Source of the DNA: Dongiaceae bacterium | GTDB taxonomy: Bacteria; Pseudomonadota; Alphaproteobacteria; Dongiales; Dongiaceae | Assembly (NCBI GenBank): GCA_040881945.1 | Contig: JBBECF010000157.1 | Location: 13,301-77,300 of the forward strand | Length of the DNA: 64,000 nt | Direction of reading: 5' to 3' | Notes under the pieces: model-generated | What the model was told of the DNA's origin: nothing | Database searches by the model: none | The model's input: only the letters and a program-made list of their open reading frames with translations | Part shown: piece by piece, positions 26,388-40,986 of the stretch | Position numbering within the stretch: the stretch's first letter is position 1 | How the letters are laid out: each line of letters begins with the position of its first letter | Program-made: the position numbers and the translations under genes

Positions 26388-28443
26388 GCGTGCCGGTCTT
26401 CGTCGGCCGACCGCGCAGATACGCCTCGGTGCAATTCGCCATGGTCTCCGAGGCGCGGCTGATCGGGTCGGTCATGTAGAAGTTTTCGATCGGGAAGCGA
26501 AACGGCGTCGCCGCCTCCGGGCCATCGGCGCCGAACGGCTCCCAGGGCGCCGGCTGGATCGAGTCGAGGCGGCCGAATCGCCCGTTCGCCTCGACGAGGC
26601 GCCGACGGAGCTGCGCCAGATCGTCGTAGGGCAGCGGCCGGCCGAGCGTCTCCGACAGCGCGCGCAGGACCGTCCAGTCCTCGCGCGCGTCGCCGGGCGG
26701 GAACACCGCCAGGCGCGCCTGCTGCACCCGGCCCTCGGTGTTGACGTAGGTGGCGTTCTTCTCGGTATAGGCGGCGCCGGCCAGGACCACGTCCGCGCGC
26801 TCGGCGCCGGCGTCGCCGTGATGCCCCTGATAGACGACGAAGGCGCCGCCGAGGCGGGCCATGTCGATCTCGTCGGCGCCGAGCAGATACACGACCTCGA
26901 TCTCGCCGCCTCCGGCGCCGTCGAGGATGCCGTCGGTGTCGCGGCCGCCCGGGCCCGGCACGAAGCCGACATCGAGCCCGCCGACGCGGGCCGCGGCGGT
27001 GTGCAGCAGGTTGAATCCGTTCCAGTTGTCGCCGACCATGCCGCAGCTTTCGGCGACGCGACGCGCCAGGCCGAGCACCGCCGCGCCGTCCGGCCGGGCC
27101 AGCGCGCCCATGCCGAGCACGAGCATCGGCCGCTCGGCCTGCTTCAGCACCGCGGCGAAGGGATGACGGCCGTCGGCGACCTCGCGCAAGGTCTCCGGCC
27201 CGGCGCCCAGGCGCTCGGCGCGGTAGGTCAGGTCCACGCTCGGCCCGATCGTCGCGACCGGGAACCGCCCCATGAGAAAGCGTTTGCGCAGGCGGGCGTT
27301 GACCAGCGGCGCCTCCCATCGCGGGTTGGTGCCGATCAACAGGCAGGCACCGGCGCGCTCGATGCCGGCGATCGTGGTGTTGAACAGGTAGCCGGCGCGC
27401 GCCCGCGGGTCGATCCGGGCGCCGTCCTGACGGCAATCGAGGTTGGGCGAGCCGAGCGCGGCCATCAAGTCCTTGAGCGCAAGCATGGCCTCGACATCGA
27501 CCAGATCGCCGGCAATGGCGGCGATGCGTTGGCCGGGGACACCGCGCAGCCGCTCGGCCACGGCGGCGAAGGCCTCCGCCCAACTTGCCGGCCGCAGCCG
27601 GCCGTCGCGGCGCAGATACGGCCGGTCAAGCCGCTGGCGCCGCAGCCCGTCGCAGGCGAACCGGGTCTTGTCGGAGATCCACTCCTCGTTGATCCGCTCG
27701 TTGAGCCGCGGCAACACGCGCATGACCTCGCGGCCGCGGGCGTCGACGCGAACGTTGCTGCCGACCGCGTCCATCACGTCGATCGTCTGGGTTTTCTGCA
27801 GCTCCCACGGCCGCGCCGCAAAGGCGTAGGGCTTGGAGGTCAGCGCCCCGACCGGACAGATGTCGATCATGTTGCCCGACAACTCCGAGCGCAGCGCCGT
27901 CTCGACATAGGTGCCGATCTCCATGTGCTCGCCGCGTCCCGTCGCGCCGAGGTCCTCGACCCCGGCGACCTCGGTGGCGAAGCGCACGCAGCGCGTGCAG
28001 TGGATGCACCGCGTCATGATGGTCTTGATCAGCGGTCCGAGATACTTCTCGCTCACCGCCCGCTTGCTCTCGCGGAAGCGGCCGCGGTCCAATCCATAGG
28101 CCATTGCCTGGTCTTGCAGGTCGCATTCGCCGCCCTGGTCGCAGATCGGACAGTCGAGCGGGTGGTTGATCAGCAGGAACTCCATGACGCCCTGGCGCGC
28201 CTTGCGCGCGACGTCGGAATCCGTGCGGATCACCATGCCGTCGGCGGCCGGCATCGCGCAGGAGGCGATGGGCTTCGGCGACTTCTCCATTTCGACCAGG
28301 CACATGCGACAATTGCCGGCGACCGAGAGCCGCTCGTGGTAGCAGAAATGCGGGATCTCGACGCCGGCGATCTGGCAGGCCTGCAACACGTTCAGGCCCG
28401 GTTCGACCTCGATCTCGACGCCGTCGATGATTAGTTTCGGCAC
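26380..28443 (-). CDS. nuoG: NADH-quinone oxidoreductase subunit G
   Basis: 687 aa, GTG start. It has an N-terminal 2Fe-2S cluster and 4Fe-4S Cys clusters ([32 protein letters not shown]). Confidence 0.9.
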   Translation of the reverse strand: MPKLIIDGVEIEVEPGLNVLQACQIAGVEIPHFCYHERLSVAGNCRMCLVEMEKSPKPIASCAMPAADGMVIRTDSDVARKARQGVMEFLLINHPLDCPICDQGGECDLQDQAMAYGLDRGRFRESKRAVSEKYLGPLIKTIMTRCIHCTRCVRFATEVAGVEDLGATGRGEHMEIGTYVETALRSELSGNMIDICPVGALTSKPYAFAARPWELQKTQTIDVMDAVGSNVRVDARGREVMRVLPRLNERINEEWISDKTRFACDGLRRQRLDRPYLRRDGRLRPASWAEAFAAVAERLRGVPGQRIAAIAGDLVDVEAMLALKDLMAALGSPNLDCRQDGARIDPRARAGYLFNTTIAGIERAGACLLIGTNPRWEAPLVNARLRKRFLMGRFPVATIGPSVDLTYRAERLGAGPETLREVADGRHPFAAVLKQAERPMLVLGMGALARPDGAAVLGLARRVAESCGMVGDNWNGFNLLHTAAARVGGLDVGFVPGPGGRDTDGILDGAGGGEIEVVYLLGADEIDMARLGGAFVVYQGHHGDAGAERADVVLAGAAYTEKNATYVNTEGRVQQARLAVFPPGDAREDWTVLRALSETLGRPLPYDDLAQLRRRLVEANGRFGRLDSIQPAPWEPFGADGPEAATPFRFPIENFYMTDPISRASETMANCTEAYLRGRPTKTGTHD

Positions 28444-28449
28444 GAGCCC

Positions 28450-29733
28450 CTACTCCGCCGCCCGACGCAACGGCGACTCGAGGATACGGCGCTCCAGCTC
28501 GGGCCGAAAATGCCGGATCAGCCCCTGGATCGGCCAGGCCGCGGCGTCGCCGAGTGCGCAGATGGTGTGCCCCTCGATCTGGCGCGTCACCTCCTCGAGG
28601 TCATCGATCTCCTCGATCCGAGCCTCGCCTCTGACCAGGCGCTCCATGACCCGCCACATCCAGCCGGCGCCCTCGCGGCAGGGCGTACACTGGCCGCAGC
28701 TTTCGTGCATGTAGAAATGCGAGAGCCGCGCGATCGCCGCGACGACGTCGGTCGACTTGTCCATGACGATGACCGCGGCGGTGCCGAGCCCGCATTTCAC
28801 GTCGCGCAGCGAATCGAAGTCCATCAACACGCTGTCGCAGATCGATTTCGGCAGCAGCGGTACCGACGAGCCGCCCGGAATGATCGCCAGCAGGTTGTCC
28901 CAGCCGCCGCGCACGCCCCCGGCGTGCTTTTCGATGAGCTGGCGCAGGGGCACGCCCATCTCCTCCTCGACGTTGCACGGCTTCTCGACGTGCCCGGAGA
29001 TGCAGAAGATCTTGGTGCCGGTGTTCTTCGGCCGGCCGAGGCCGCTCCACCACGCCGCGCCGCGGCGCAGGATGGCCGGCACGACGGCGATCGTCTCCAC
29101 ATTGTTCACGGTCGTCGGGCAGCCATAGACGCCGACCGCCGCCGGGAACGGCGGCTTCAGCCGCGGCATGCCCTTCTTGCCCTCGAGGCTTTCGAGCAGC
29201 GCCGTCTCCTCGCCGCAGATATAGGCGCCGGCGCCGCGATGCAGGACGATGTCGTAGTCCCAGCCCGACCCGCAGGCGTTCTTGCCGATCAGCCCGGCTT
29301 CGCGGGCTTCGTCGATAGCGGCCTGGAGGTTCAGCGCCTCGTTATAGAACTCGCCGCGGATATAGATGAAGCAGGTGTGCGCGCCCATCGCGGCGCCGGC
29401 CAGCAGGCAACCTTCGAGCAACATATGCGGTTCGAAGCGCAGAATGTCGCGGTCCTTGCAGGTGCCGGGCTCCGATTCGTCGGCGTTGACGACGAGATAG
29501 GACGGCCGGCCGTCCGACTGCTTGGGCATGAACGACCATTTCAGGCCGGCCGGGAAGCCGGCGCCGCCGCGCCCGCGCAGGTCCGACTTCTTCACCTCGT
29601 CGATGATCGCGTCGCGGCCGCGGGCGATCAGGTCCTTGGTATTGTCCCAGGTGCCACGCGCCCGCGCGCCGGCCAGCCGCCAGTCGTGGCGGCCGTAGAG
29701 GTTGGTGAAGACGCGGTCGGCGTCGCGCAGCAT
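28450..29733 (-). CDS. nuoF: NADH-quinone oxidoreductase subunit F
   Basis: [13 protein letters not shown], the FMN/NADH motifs, and [12 protein letters not shown]. Start ATG 29733. Confidence 0.9.
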   Translation of the reverse strand: MLRDADRVFTNLYGRHDWRLAGARARGTWDNTKDLIARGRDAIIDEVKKSDLRGRGGAGFPAGLKWSFMPKQSDGRPSYLVVNADESEPGTCKDRDILRFEPHMLLEGCLLAGAAMGAHTCFIYIRGEFYNEALNLQAAIDEAREAGLIGKNACGSGWDYDIVLHRGAGAYICGEETALLESLEGKKGMPRLKPPFPAAVGVYGCPTTVNNVETIAVVPAILRRGAAWWSGLGRPKNTGTKIFCISGHVEKPCNVEEEMGVPLRQLIEKHAGGVRGGWDNLLAIIPGGSSVPLLPKSICDSVLMDFDSLRDVKCGLGTAAVIVMDKSTDVVAAIARLSHFYMHESCGQCTPCREGAGWMWRVMERLVRGEARIEEIDDLEEVTRQIEGHTICALGDAAAWPIQGLIRHFRPELERRILESPLRRAAE

Positions 29734-29735
29734 GG

Positions 29736-30349
29736 CTATTCGCCCGCCCCGCCGCCGGCGACCAGGGTGGTGGGTCCGCCCGCCGGGGCCGACCCCTGCC
29801 GGCCGGTCTGCGAGCCGGCGGCCGGCCGTTCGCCGCGGGCGAGCGCGTCGAGCACCGCTTCCAGCCGCCGCGGGTCCAGGTCTTCGTAAAAGTCGTCGTT
29901 GATCTGCACGACCGGCGCGTTCACGCAGGCGCCGAGGCATTCGACCTCGACGAGCGAGAAGAGGCCGTCCGCGCAGCGCTGGCGCATCCCGATGCCAAGC
30001 TTTCGCCGGCAGGTCCGCGACAGCTCCTCGGAGCCGCGCAGCCAGCACGGCGTGGTGCGGCAGATCTGGACATGGAACTTCCCGACCGGCTGCAGGTTGA
30101 ACATCGTGTAGAACGTCGCGACCTCGTAGACGCGAATCGGCGCCATGTCGAGCAGTTCGCCGACATGGTCCATGGCGGCGCGCGGCAGCCAGCCCCCGGC
30201 CTGGCGCTGCGCCAGGTCGAGCAGCGCCAGCACCGCGCTGGCCTGGCGACCGGGCGGGTATTTCGCGATGTACGCCTGCGCGCGCTCGCGGTTGTCGCGC
30301 GTGAAGGCAAAGCCGTCCGGCTGGACGCTGGGCTGCGGGCCGGGCGAAC

Positions 30350-30353
<4 letters not shown>
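29736..30353 (-). CDS. nuoE: NADH-quinone oxidoreductase subunit E
   Basis: [30 protein letters not shown] and [11 protein letters not shown]. The start overlaps the nuoD stop. Confidence 0.9.
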
Positions 30354-31527
<1,174 letters not shown>

Positions 31528-31528
<1 letters not shown>

Positions 31529-32154
31529 CAGTCCGGCTTCCCGGTCTTGTCGGCTTGGTCGGCCTTTTCGTCACCGGGCAGGGTTTGCAGCATGCCCTCC
31601 CACGGGCTGACGAAATCGAAGCGGCGAAATTCCTGGGTCAGCTTCACCGGCTCATAGACGACCCGCTTCTGTTCCTCGTCATAGCGCATCTCGACGTGCC
31701 CGCTGAGGGGAAAGTCCTTGCGCATCGGATGCCCCTCGAAGCCGTAGTCCGTGAGCAGCCGCCTGAGGTCCGGGTGGCCCGAAAAGAAGATGCCGTACAT
31801 ATCCCAGGCTTCGCGCTCATACCAGCCGGCGGACTTGAAGACGCCGGTGACCGACGGCACCGGCTGGCCCTCGGCGGTCGACAACTTCACACGGATGCGA
31901 TGGTTCTGCTTGAGGCTGAGCAGGTTATAGACGACTTCGAAGCGCTGTTCGCGCTCGGGGTAGTCCACGCCGCAGACGTCGATCAGCAGCTTGAACAGGC
32001 AGTGGCTGTCGTCGCGCAGGAACGTCAGCAGCTTGACGACCGACGGCGCGCCGGTGCGTACCGTCAGCTCGCCATAGGCGACGTCCACTTCCAGCACGTC
32101 GTTCGGCAACTGGCCCGCGATGTGTTCGCCGAGGTCCCGCAGCGCCTGATCCAT
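31528..32154 (-). CDS. nuoC: NADH-quinone oxidoreductase subunit C
   Basis: [40 protein letters not shown]. Start at the internal ATG 32154. Confidence 0.88.
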
Positions 32155-32213
32155 GATTCCCGTTCGTCCGATTGTCGTTGCCGCCACGATCCCCGCCTCC
32201 CGGTATCGCCTAG

Positions 32214-32762
32214 TCAGCGCGCGATCGTCGCGGTGCGTCTGATTTTCTTTTGCAGCTGCAGGATTCCGTACACCAGCGCCTCGGCCGTCGGCGGACAGCC
32301 GGGGACGTAGATATCGACCGGCACGATACGGTCGCAGCCCCGCACCACGGAGTACGAGTAGTGGTAGTATCCGCCGCCGTTGGCGCACGACCCCATCGAG
32401 ATCACCCAGCGCGGCTCGGCCATTTGGTCGTAGACCTTGCGCATGGCCGGCGCCATCTTGTTGCACAACGTGCCGGCGACGATCATGACATCGGACTGGC
32501 GCGGGCTGCCGCGCGGCACGACGCCGAAGCGATCGAGGTCGTAGCGCGACATGTAGGCGTGCATCATCTCGACCGCGCAGCAGGCGAGGCCGAAGGTCAT
32601 CGGCCACAACGACCCGGTGCGCGCCCAGTTCACCAAATTGTCGAGCTGGGCGACGACGAAACCCTTGTCGCTCAGTTCGTCCGTGACCGACCGGAGGGCC
32701 GCATCCGATACCGTCCCGGACAGCGGCGCCGGCGCAGCCGGCGTCGCCCGGCTCACTCCCAT
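32214..32762 (-). CDS. nuoB: NADH-quinone oxidoreductase subunit B
   Basis: [31 protein letters not shown] and [11 protein letters not shown]. The start overlaps the nuoA stop. Confidence 0.9.
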   Translation of the reverse strand: MGVSRATPAAPAPLSGTVSDAALRSVTDELSDKGFVVAQLDNLVNWARTGSLWPMTFGLACCAVEMMHAYMSRYDLDRFGVVPRGSPRQSDVMIVAGTLCNKMAPAMRKVYDQMAEPRWVISMGSCANGGGYYHYSYSVVRGCDRIVPVDIYVPGCPPTAEALVYGILQLQKKIRRTATIAR

Positions 32763-33118
32763 TCCAAGGCTCCCTTCTTCCATTCGTAGATGAACCCGAC
32801 CGTCAGGATGCCGAGAAACACGACCATCGACCAGAACCCGAAAACGCCGATGTCGCGCAACGAAACGGCCCAGGGGAAGAGGAACGCCACCTCCAGGTCG
32901 AAGATGATGAACAGAATGGCGACGAGATAGAAGCGGACGTCGAAGCGGCGGCGGGCATCGTCGAACGCCTCGAATCCGCATTCATAGGGCGAAAGCTTCT
33001 CGGAATCGGGCTTCTGGCGCGCCATGACGACGGACATCCCGATCGCCCCGCCCGCGATGGCGACGGCGATGGCGAGGAACATCAGGATCGGCAGGTACTC
33101 GCGCAGCAGCTCGTCCAT
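32753..33118 (-). CDS. nuoA: NADH-quinone oxidoreductase subunit A
   Basis: 121 aa with [35 protein letters not shown]. Confidence 0.9.
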   Translation of the reverse strand: MDELLREYLPILMFLAIAVAIAGGAIGMSVVMARQKPDSEKLSPYECGFEAFDDARRRFDVRFYLVAILFIIFDLEVAFLFPWAVSLRDIGVFGFWSMVVFLGILTVGFIYEWKKGALEWE

Positions 33119-33189
33119 GACCCCACGTCCCGGCGCCTCGTCGATCCGCCCTGCCCGGCGCCGGTTAACGCACGCGGCCCTGGTGGAAA

Positions 33190-33266
<77 letters not shown>

Positions 33267-33332
33267 GTACCCGGGTGCGGGGCCGCACCATGTAGTGCGG
33301 CCGGCGTACCGGAGTCAAGCGCCCGCCCGGGC

Positions 33333-33407
33333 TGGTGGGCGATGACGGGTTCGAACCGCCGACCCTCTCGGTGTAAACGAGATGCTCTACCGCTGAGCTA
33401 ATCGCCC
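33333..33407 (-). tRNA. tRNA-Val (TAC), CCA encoded
   Basis: Hand-folded: GGGCGAT TA GCTC..GAGC A TCTCG TTTACAC CGAGA GGGTC GGCGG TTCGAAC CCGTC ATCGCCC A CCA. Confidence 0.9.
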
Positions 33408-33531
33408 GCCCGTCCGGCGATCTGCCGTTCGCGACCCGCGGGAACTTCGTCGATAGCGGTCGGCAGCGGCGGACCCGGATCGTCTTTGGCCATCGCCTCG
33501 AACGGCCGGTCGGGCCGGCAAGCCGTCCGAA

Positions 33532-33804
33532 TCAGTTCACGGCGTCCTTCAGGCCCTTGCCCGCCTTGAACTTCGGCTGCTTCGAGGCGGGGATACGGAT
33601 CTTTTCCCCGGTGCGCGGGTTGCGCCCATCCGACGCCGCTCGACGGGCGACATGGAAAGTACCGAAGCCGATCAGGCGAACTTCGTCGCCCTGCTTGAGC
33701 GCGTTCGAGATGGCGTCGAAGACGCCTTCGACGGCCTTGGTCGCGTCGCCCTTCGAGAAACCCGTCTGATCGGCGACGACAGCAACGAGATCGTTCTTAT
33801 TCAC
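33532..33804 (-). CDS. hupB: HU family DNA-binding protein
   Basis: MNKNDLVAVVADQTGFSKGDATKAVEGVFDAI...GFGTFHVARRAASDGRNPRTGEKIRIPA; GTG start. Confidence 0.9.
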   Translation of the reverse strand: MNKNDLVAVVADQTGFSKGDATKAVEGVFDAISNALKQGDEVRLIGFGTFHVARRAASDGRNPRTGEKIRIPASKQPKFKAGKGLKDAVN

Positions 33805-33970
33805 CTCTACTACCCCCTTTTGTTCGGCAAGCCATCAACGCCCCAGAAAAGCCGCGGCCAATAACGACGGAGTGTAGATCGCGATTTTTCTCCACGTCAA
33901 TCTCCGAACCGCGATTATCCCCACAATTCTGCGGACTCCACGCCGGCATGCCGACCGACGATCCGCGCCT

Positions 33971-36376
<2,406 letters not shown>

Positions 36377-36540
36377 GTGGCCTCTCAGTTTGGCGGTCGC
36401 GAGGCACCGCGGGTCGGCGGTTCAAGCCGATCCGGCTCGTCCCGTGTCCACCTCATGAAATGGCGCAAGATTCCCCCGCGTCAAGGGCCGGCGGCCCGCG
36501 GGCGCGTCCTCGGCGCCGGCGGCCGCCGGTCGGGCCGCGC

Positions 36541-37806
36541 TCACGCGCTGCTCCCGACGTCCTCGCGGCGGTCGGTGTAGATATAGAGCGGCCGGGCCGC
36601 GTTGTCGATCACGTCGCGGCTGATGACCATGCTTTCCACGCCCTCGAGGCCCGGCAGCTCGAACATCGGTTCCAGCAGAATCGACTCCATGATCGAGCGC
36701 AGGCCCCGCGCCCCGGTCTTGCGCGCGATCGCCTTGTGGGCGATGGCCTTCAGGGCATCCTCGGTGAAATCAAGCCGCACGTCATCCATGTCGAACAGGC
36801 GCTGATACTGCTTGACCAGGGCGTTCTTGGGCGTCGTCAGAATTTCGATCAACGCCGGCTCGTCGAGGTCCTCGAGGGTCGCGACTACGGGCAGGCGCCC
36901 GACGAACTCCGGAATCAAGCCGAATTTGAGAAGGTCCTCGGGTTCGACGTCGCGCAGGATCTCACCCGTGCCGCGTTCCTCGGGGCCGCGCACGTCGGCG
37001 CCGAAGCCGATCGACGAGCCCCGCCCGCGCGCGGCGATGATCTTCTCCAAGCCGGAAAACGCGCCGCCGCAAATGAACAGGATATTGGTCGTGTCGACCT
37101 GCAGGAACTCCTGCTGCGGGTGCTTGCGCCCGCCCTGCGGCGGCACCGAGGCGACGGTGCCTTCCATGATCTTCAGCAGGGCCTGTTGCACGCCTTCGCC
37201 GGATACGTCGCGCGTGATGGACGGATTGTCGGACTTGCGGCTGATCTTGTCGACCTCGTCGATATAGACGATGCCGCGCTGCGCCCGCTCGACATTGTAG
37301 TCGGCGGCCTGCAGCAGCTTGAGGATGATGTTCTCGACGTCCTCGCCGACGTATCCGGCCTCGGTCAGCGTGGTGGCGTCGGCCATGGTGAACGGCACGT
37401 CGATGATCCGCGCCAACGTCTGCGCCAGCAGCGTCTTGCCGCATCCGGTCGGCCCGACCAGCAGGATATTCGACTTGGCCAGCTCGACGTCGTTGCTCTT
37501 GGCGCCGTGGGCGAGCCGCTTGTAGTGGTTGTGCACGGCCACCGACAGCACGCGCTTGGCGTGGATCTGCCCGATGACGTAGTCGTCGAGGACGTTGCAA
37601 ATGTCGCGCGGGCTCGGCACCCCGTCGCGCGACTTGACCAGCGTCGTCTTGTGCTCTTCGCGGATGATATCCATGCACAGCTCGACGCATTCATCGCAGA
37701 TGAACACCGTCGGGCCGGCAATCAGCTTGCGCACCTCGTGCTGGCTCTTCCCGCAGAACGAGCAGTACAGGGTGTTCTTGGATTCACCGCCGCCGGACTT
37801 GGTCAT
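36541..37806 (-). CDS. clpX: ATP-dependent Clp protease ATP-binding subunit ClpX
   Basis: Zinc finger [28 protein letters not shown] and Walker [12 protein letters not shown]. First ATG at 37806; the track start at 37812 is TTG. Confidence 0.95.
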   Translation of the reverse strand: MTKSGGGESKNTLYCSFCGKSQHEVRKLIAGPTVFICDECVELCMDIIREEHKTTLVKSRDGVPSPRDICNVLDDYVIGQIHAKRVLSVAVHNHYKRLAHGAKSNDVELAKSNILLVGPTGCGKTLLAQTLARIIDVPFTMADATTLTEAGYVGEDVENIILKLLQAADYNVERAQRGIVYIDEVDKISRKSDNPSITRDVSGEGVQQALLKIMEGTVASVPPQGGRKHPQQEFLQVDTTNILFICGGAFSGLEKIIAARGRGSSIGFGADVRGPEERGTGEILRDVEPEDLLKFGLIPEFVGRLPVVATLEDLDEPALIEILTTPKNALVKQYQRLFDMDDVRLDFTEDALKAIAHKAIARKTGARGLRSIMESILLEPMFELPGLEGVESMVISRDVIDNAARPLYIYTDRREDVGSSA

Positions 37807-37995
37807 GCGCAATCCGCCCGATGCCAGAACGACTTAATGTTAGCCCTCCGCCCGACCCCCGCACAACGACATTTTGCCGCTGCGCAGCGCCCGGGTACCC
37901 GCTACAGCCCTCTCCGCCCTGGGCGGCGCTTGCGGAACCACCGTCATTCCTTCACCGCCATTCAAACGCCGGCCGGTCAATAAACGGTTAACGCC

Positions 37996-38637
37996 TTACT
38001 TTTGGCCGTCCGCCGCATCCTCGGCCGGCGGCCGTTTATCGACCACGGCGTCGATCAAACCGAACGCCTTGGCGTCCTCGGGCAACAGGAACTTGTCGCG
38101 CTCCATCGCGTCTTCGATGACCTTGAGATCCTGCCCGGTATGGCGGACATAGATCGCGTTCAACCGGGCCCGGGTGGACAGGATGTCCTTGGCGTGGATC
38201 TCGATGTCGGTCGCCTGACCCTGGAACCCGCCGGACGGCTGGTGCACCATGATCTTCGAGTTCGGCAAGCTGAACCGCTTGCCCTTGGCGCCGGCGGTCA
38301 GCAGCAACGATCCCATCGACGCCGCCAGGCCGATGCACACGGTGGTCACCTCCGGCCGGATGTATTGCATCGTGTCATAGATCGCCAGCCCCGAGGTCAC
38401 CATGCCGCCCGGCGAATTGATGTAGAGCGCAATGTCCTTCTTCGGGTTCTCCGATTCGAGGAACAGCAGCTGTGCCGAGATCAGGCTGGCGAGCTGGTCG
38501 TTGACGGGGCCGACGAGAAAGATGATCCGCTCCTTTAGCAGGCGCGAATAGATGTCGTAGGCCCGTTCCCCGCGGTTGGTCTGCTCGACCACCATCGGGA
38601 CCAGGAAATTCATGTAGGTATCTGTCGGGTCCTGCAT
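37996..38637 (-). CDS. clpP: ATP-dependent Clp protease proteolytic subunit
   Basis: [26 protein letters not shown] and [11 protein letters not shown] (catalytic Ser), HQP. Start at the internal ATG 38637. Confidence 0.92.
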   Translation of the reverse strand: MQDPTDTYMNFLVPMVVEQTNRGERAYDIYSRLLKERIIFLVGPVNDQLASLISAQLLFLESENPKKDIALYINSPGGMVTSGLAIYDTMQYIRPEVTTVCIGLAASMGSLLLTAGAKGKRFSLPNSKIMVHQPSGGFQGQATDIEIHAKDILSTRARLNAIYVRHTGQDLKVIEDAMERDKFLLPEDAKAFGLIDAVVDKRPPAEDAADGQK

Positions 38638-38677
38638 CGATCGTCCACCTATGTCGGCGACGGGCCGCCCCGTCGCC

Positions 38678-40099
38678 TCATTCCTTCTTCGCCGCCTTCT
38701 TCCCGGCACCGGACTTCTTCGTCGCCGGCTTCTTGGCGGATTTTTCCTTGTCATCCGCGGCGGGTTCCCCGGCAGCGGCCGGCTTTTCCAACTCGATCAG
38801 CTCCTGGGGCGACACCTTACGCTCGCTCACCTGGGCCAGTTCGAGAATGAAATCGATCACCTTGTCCTCGTAAACCGGGGCGCGCAGTTGCACCAGCGCC
38901 TCCGGCGTCTTGCGGTAGAAGTCCACGACCTGGCGTTCGCGCCCGGGATGGCGCTGCGCCTCGGCCATGAGGGCGCGGTTCACCTCCTCCGCCGTCACCT
39001 GAATGTTGTTCAGGCGGCCGACGTCGGACAGCAGCAGCCCCAGTTTGACCCGGCGTTTCGCGATGTCGCGGTATTCCACCCGCAGCACGTCGTCGCTCTT
39101 GCCCTCGTCCTCCGGGTCGAGACCGCCCGCCGCGCGCTCCCTCTCGATACGCTCCCAAATCGCGCCGAATTCGGCCTCGACAAGGCCGACCGGCAGCTCG
39201 AAGTCATGGCGTGCAGCCAGAACATCGAGCAACTGGCGTTTGAGCCGTCCGCGCGCCACACTTGCGTATTCGCCTTGCATGTGGTCGCGCACCGAGGCGC
39301 GCAGCGTGGCGAGATCCTCGAGGCCATGCGACTTGGCCAACTCGTCATCGGCCGGAACCGCCACCGGTTCGCGGATCTCGCGCAGGTCGACCGCGAACTC
39401 AGCCGCCTTGCCGGCGAGTTCCGGCTTCGGGTAATCGGCCGGAAAAGTCACCTTGACCGTAACATGGTCGCCCGGCCCTGCGCCTTCAAGCTGGTCCTCG
39501 AATCCGGGGATCATCCAGCCCGCGCCGAGCTCGAGGTACTGTTCGCTGGCCGTGCCGCCGGGGAATTCGACGCCGTCGATGCGGCCGACGAAGTCGATCA
39601 CCAGGACGTCGCCTTTCCTGGCCGGTCGCGGCGTCGCGATCGGCTCCGACTTGCGTTGCCGCTCGGCGAGGCGCTGCACCGCCTCCTGCACCTCGGCTTC
39701 GGGCACCTCGATGGAGAGCCGCTCCAGCTCCAATTCGGCAAAATCCATTGGCGTGATGTCGGGCATCAGCTCGAGCGCGACGTTGAATTCGAGATCCGCG
39801 CCGCCGGGAAGCGAGACGATCTCGATCTTCGGCTGGCCCGCCGGCCGCAAGCCGCGCTCGGCTATCACTTGGCTCGAGCTATCGCTGACGACGCGCTCCA
39901 CGATTTCGCCCATGGCCGCCTTGCCGTAACGCTGTTTGAGCAGCGACATCGGCACCTTGCCGGGCCGGAAGCCGGGCACCCGTACGGCGCGGCCCAGCTC
40001 CTGCAGGCGAAGCGCAAGCTGGGACTCGCAGTTCTGCGCCGGAACGACGACCCGATACTGGCGTTTCAATCCCTCGGCGCTCGTTTCGGTCACCTGCAT
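38678..40099 (-). CDS. tig: Trigger factor
   Basis: [21 protein letters not shown]..., GFRPGKVP, and an FKBP-type middle domain. Confidence 0.9.
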   Translation of the reverse strand: MQVTETSAEGLKRQYRVVVPAQNCESQLALRLQELGRAVRVPGFRPGKVPMSLLKQRYGKAAMGEIVERVVSDSSSQVIAERGLRPAGQPKIEIVSLPGGADLEFNVALELMPDITPMDFAELELERLSIEVPEAEVQEAVQRLAERQRKSEPIATPRPARKGDVLVIDFVGRIDGVEFPGGTASEQYLELGAGWMIPGFEDQLEGAGPGDHVTVKVTFPADYPKPELAGKAAEFAVDLREIREPVAVPADDELAKSHGLEDLATLRASVRDHMQGEYASVARGRLKRQLLDVLAARHDFELPVGLVEAEFGAIWERIERERAAGGLDPEDEGKSDDVLRVEYRDIAKRRVKLGLLLSDVGRLNNIQVTAEEVNRALMAEAQRHPGRERQVVDFYRKTPEALVQLRAPVYEDKVIDFILELAQVSERKVSPQELIELEKPAAAGEPAADDKEKSAKKPATKKSGAGKKAAKKE

Positions 40100-40169
40100 G
40101 GGTCGGCTCGATCCGTGCGTAATTGCTCGAATGAATGGAAGCCCGCGCCCGCTGCGCGCACCCTCCGTT

Positions 40170-40254
40170 TGGTGCGGGCGGAGGGACTCGAACCCCCACG
40201 ACTTGCGTCACCAGATCCTAAGTCTGGCGCGTCTACCAGTTCCGCCACGCCCGC
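40170..40254 (-). tRNA. tRNA-Leu (TAG), long variable arm, CCA encoded
   Basis: Hand-folded: GCGGGCG ... CCAGA CTTAGGA TCTGG TGACGCAAGTCGT GGGGG TTCGAGT CCCTC CGCCCGC A CCA (85 nt). Confidence 0.9.
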
Positions 40255-40470
40255 CCACGGCGCCGCAGCCGGCGGCCCGCGCCACCGCCGGGCGCGGTGT
40301 ATATCAGAGTCGAACGGCCCACAAGCAGGAAAAGCGCCCCGCCCCGCCGCTTGCCTGGTCGCGGGCCGCCCGCCGCACGGCCGGGTAAGCCAACCTCCCC
40401 CATGCGCTGCAAGCCGAAATGATCAATACTGTGCCCGTGTTCTCGTTCACACAAGAAGGGGAGATCGAAA

Positions 40471-40986
40471 ATGAGGGGGGTCAAGGCGGCCGTCGTCGCC
40501 GCTCTCGTATCACTCGTCCTCGGACCGGCCGCGGCTGCGGCGGCCGAGCCGCTGTCCAAGCCGCAAGGCGTGGTCGTCCTGGAGGTCACGGGCAAGATCG
40601 CCAACACCAACGCCGGCGACAAGGCCGCCTTCGATCTCGGCTCGCTCGAACGGTTCGGCGTCACCAGCTTCACCACCGGCACGCCGTGGACTGACGGCAA
40701 GGTCACGTTCGAGGGCGTCAGCGGCAACGAGCTGATGGCGACGCTGGAAGCCGACGGCGCCGAGATTCGCGCCGAGGCCCTGGACGGCTACAGCGTGGTG
40801 ATCCCGATGGAGGACTTCCGCCGGAGCGGCGCCATCATCGCCTACAAGATGAACGGCGCGCCGCTGGCCGAGGGCGAGCAGGGCCCGCTGTGGATCGTCT
40901 ATCCCTACGATGCGGACCCCGGCGTGAATGACGAAGCGCACCACGCGCGCTCGATCTGGCAGCTGAAGTCGCTCGAAATCCGCTAG
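40471..40986 (+). CDS. Secreted small protein resembling the oxidoreductase molybdopterin-binding domain superfamily
   Basis: Signal peptide (AALVSLVLGPAAAAAAEP). The pattern GVSGNELM...ALDGYSVVIPMEDF...AIIAYKMNGAPL...GPLWIVYP resembles YedY/sulfite-oxidase-like domains. Confidence 0.5.
   Translation: MRGVKAAVVAALVSLVLGPAAAAAAEPLSKPQGVVVLEVTGKIANTNAGDKAAFDLGSLERFGVTSFTTGTPWTDGKVTFEGVSGNELMATLEADGAEIRAEALDGYSVVIPMEDFRRSGAIIAYKMNGAPLAEGEQGPLWIVYPYDADPGVNDEAHHARSIWQLKSLEIR

Noticed and set aside
40983-40986. Convergent genes sharing overlapping stop codons within CTAG
   Set aside because: The overlap is real in the sequence, but it is a common consequence of compact genomes. No functional inference is justified from the sequence alone.
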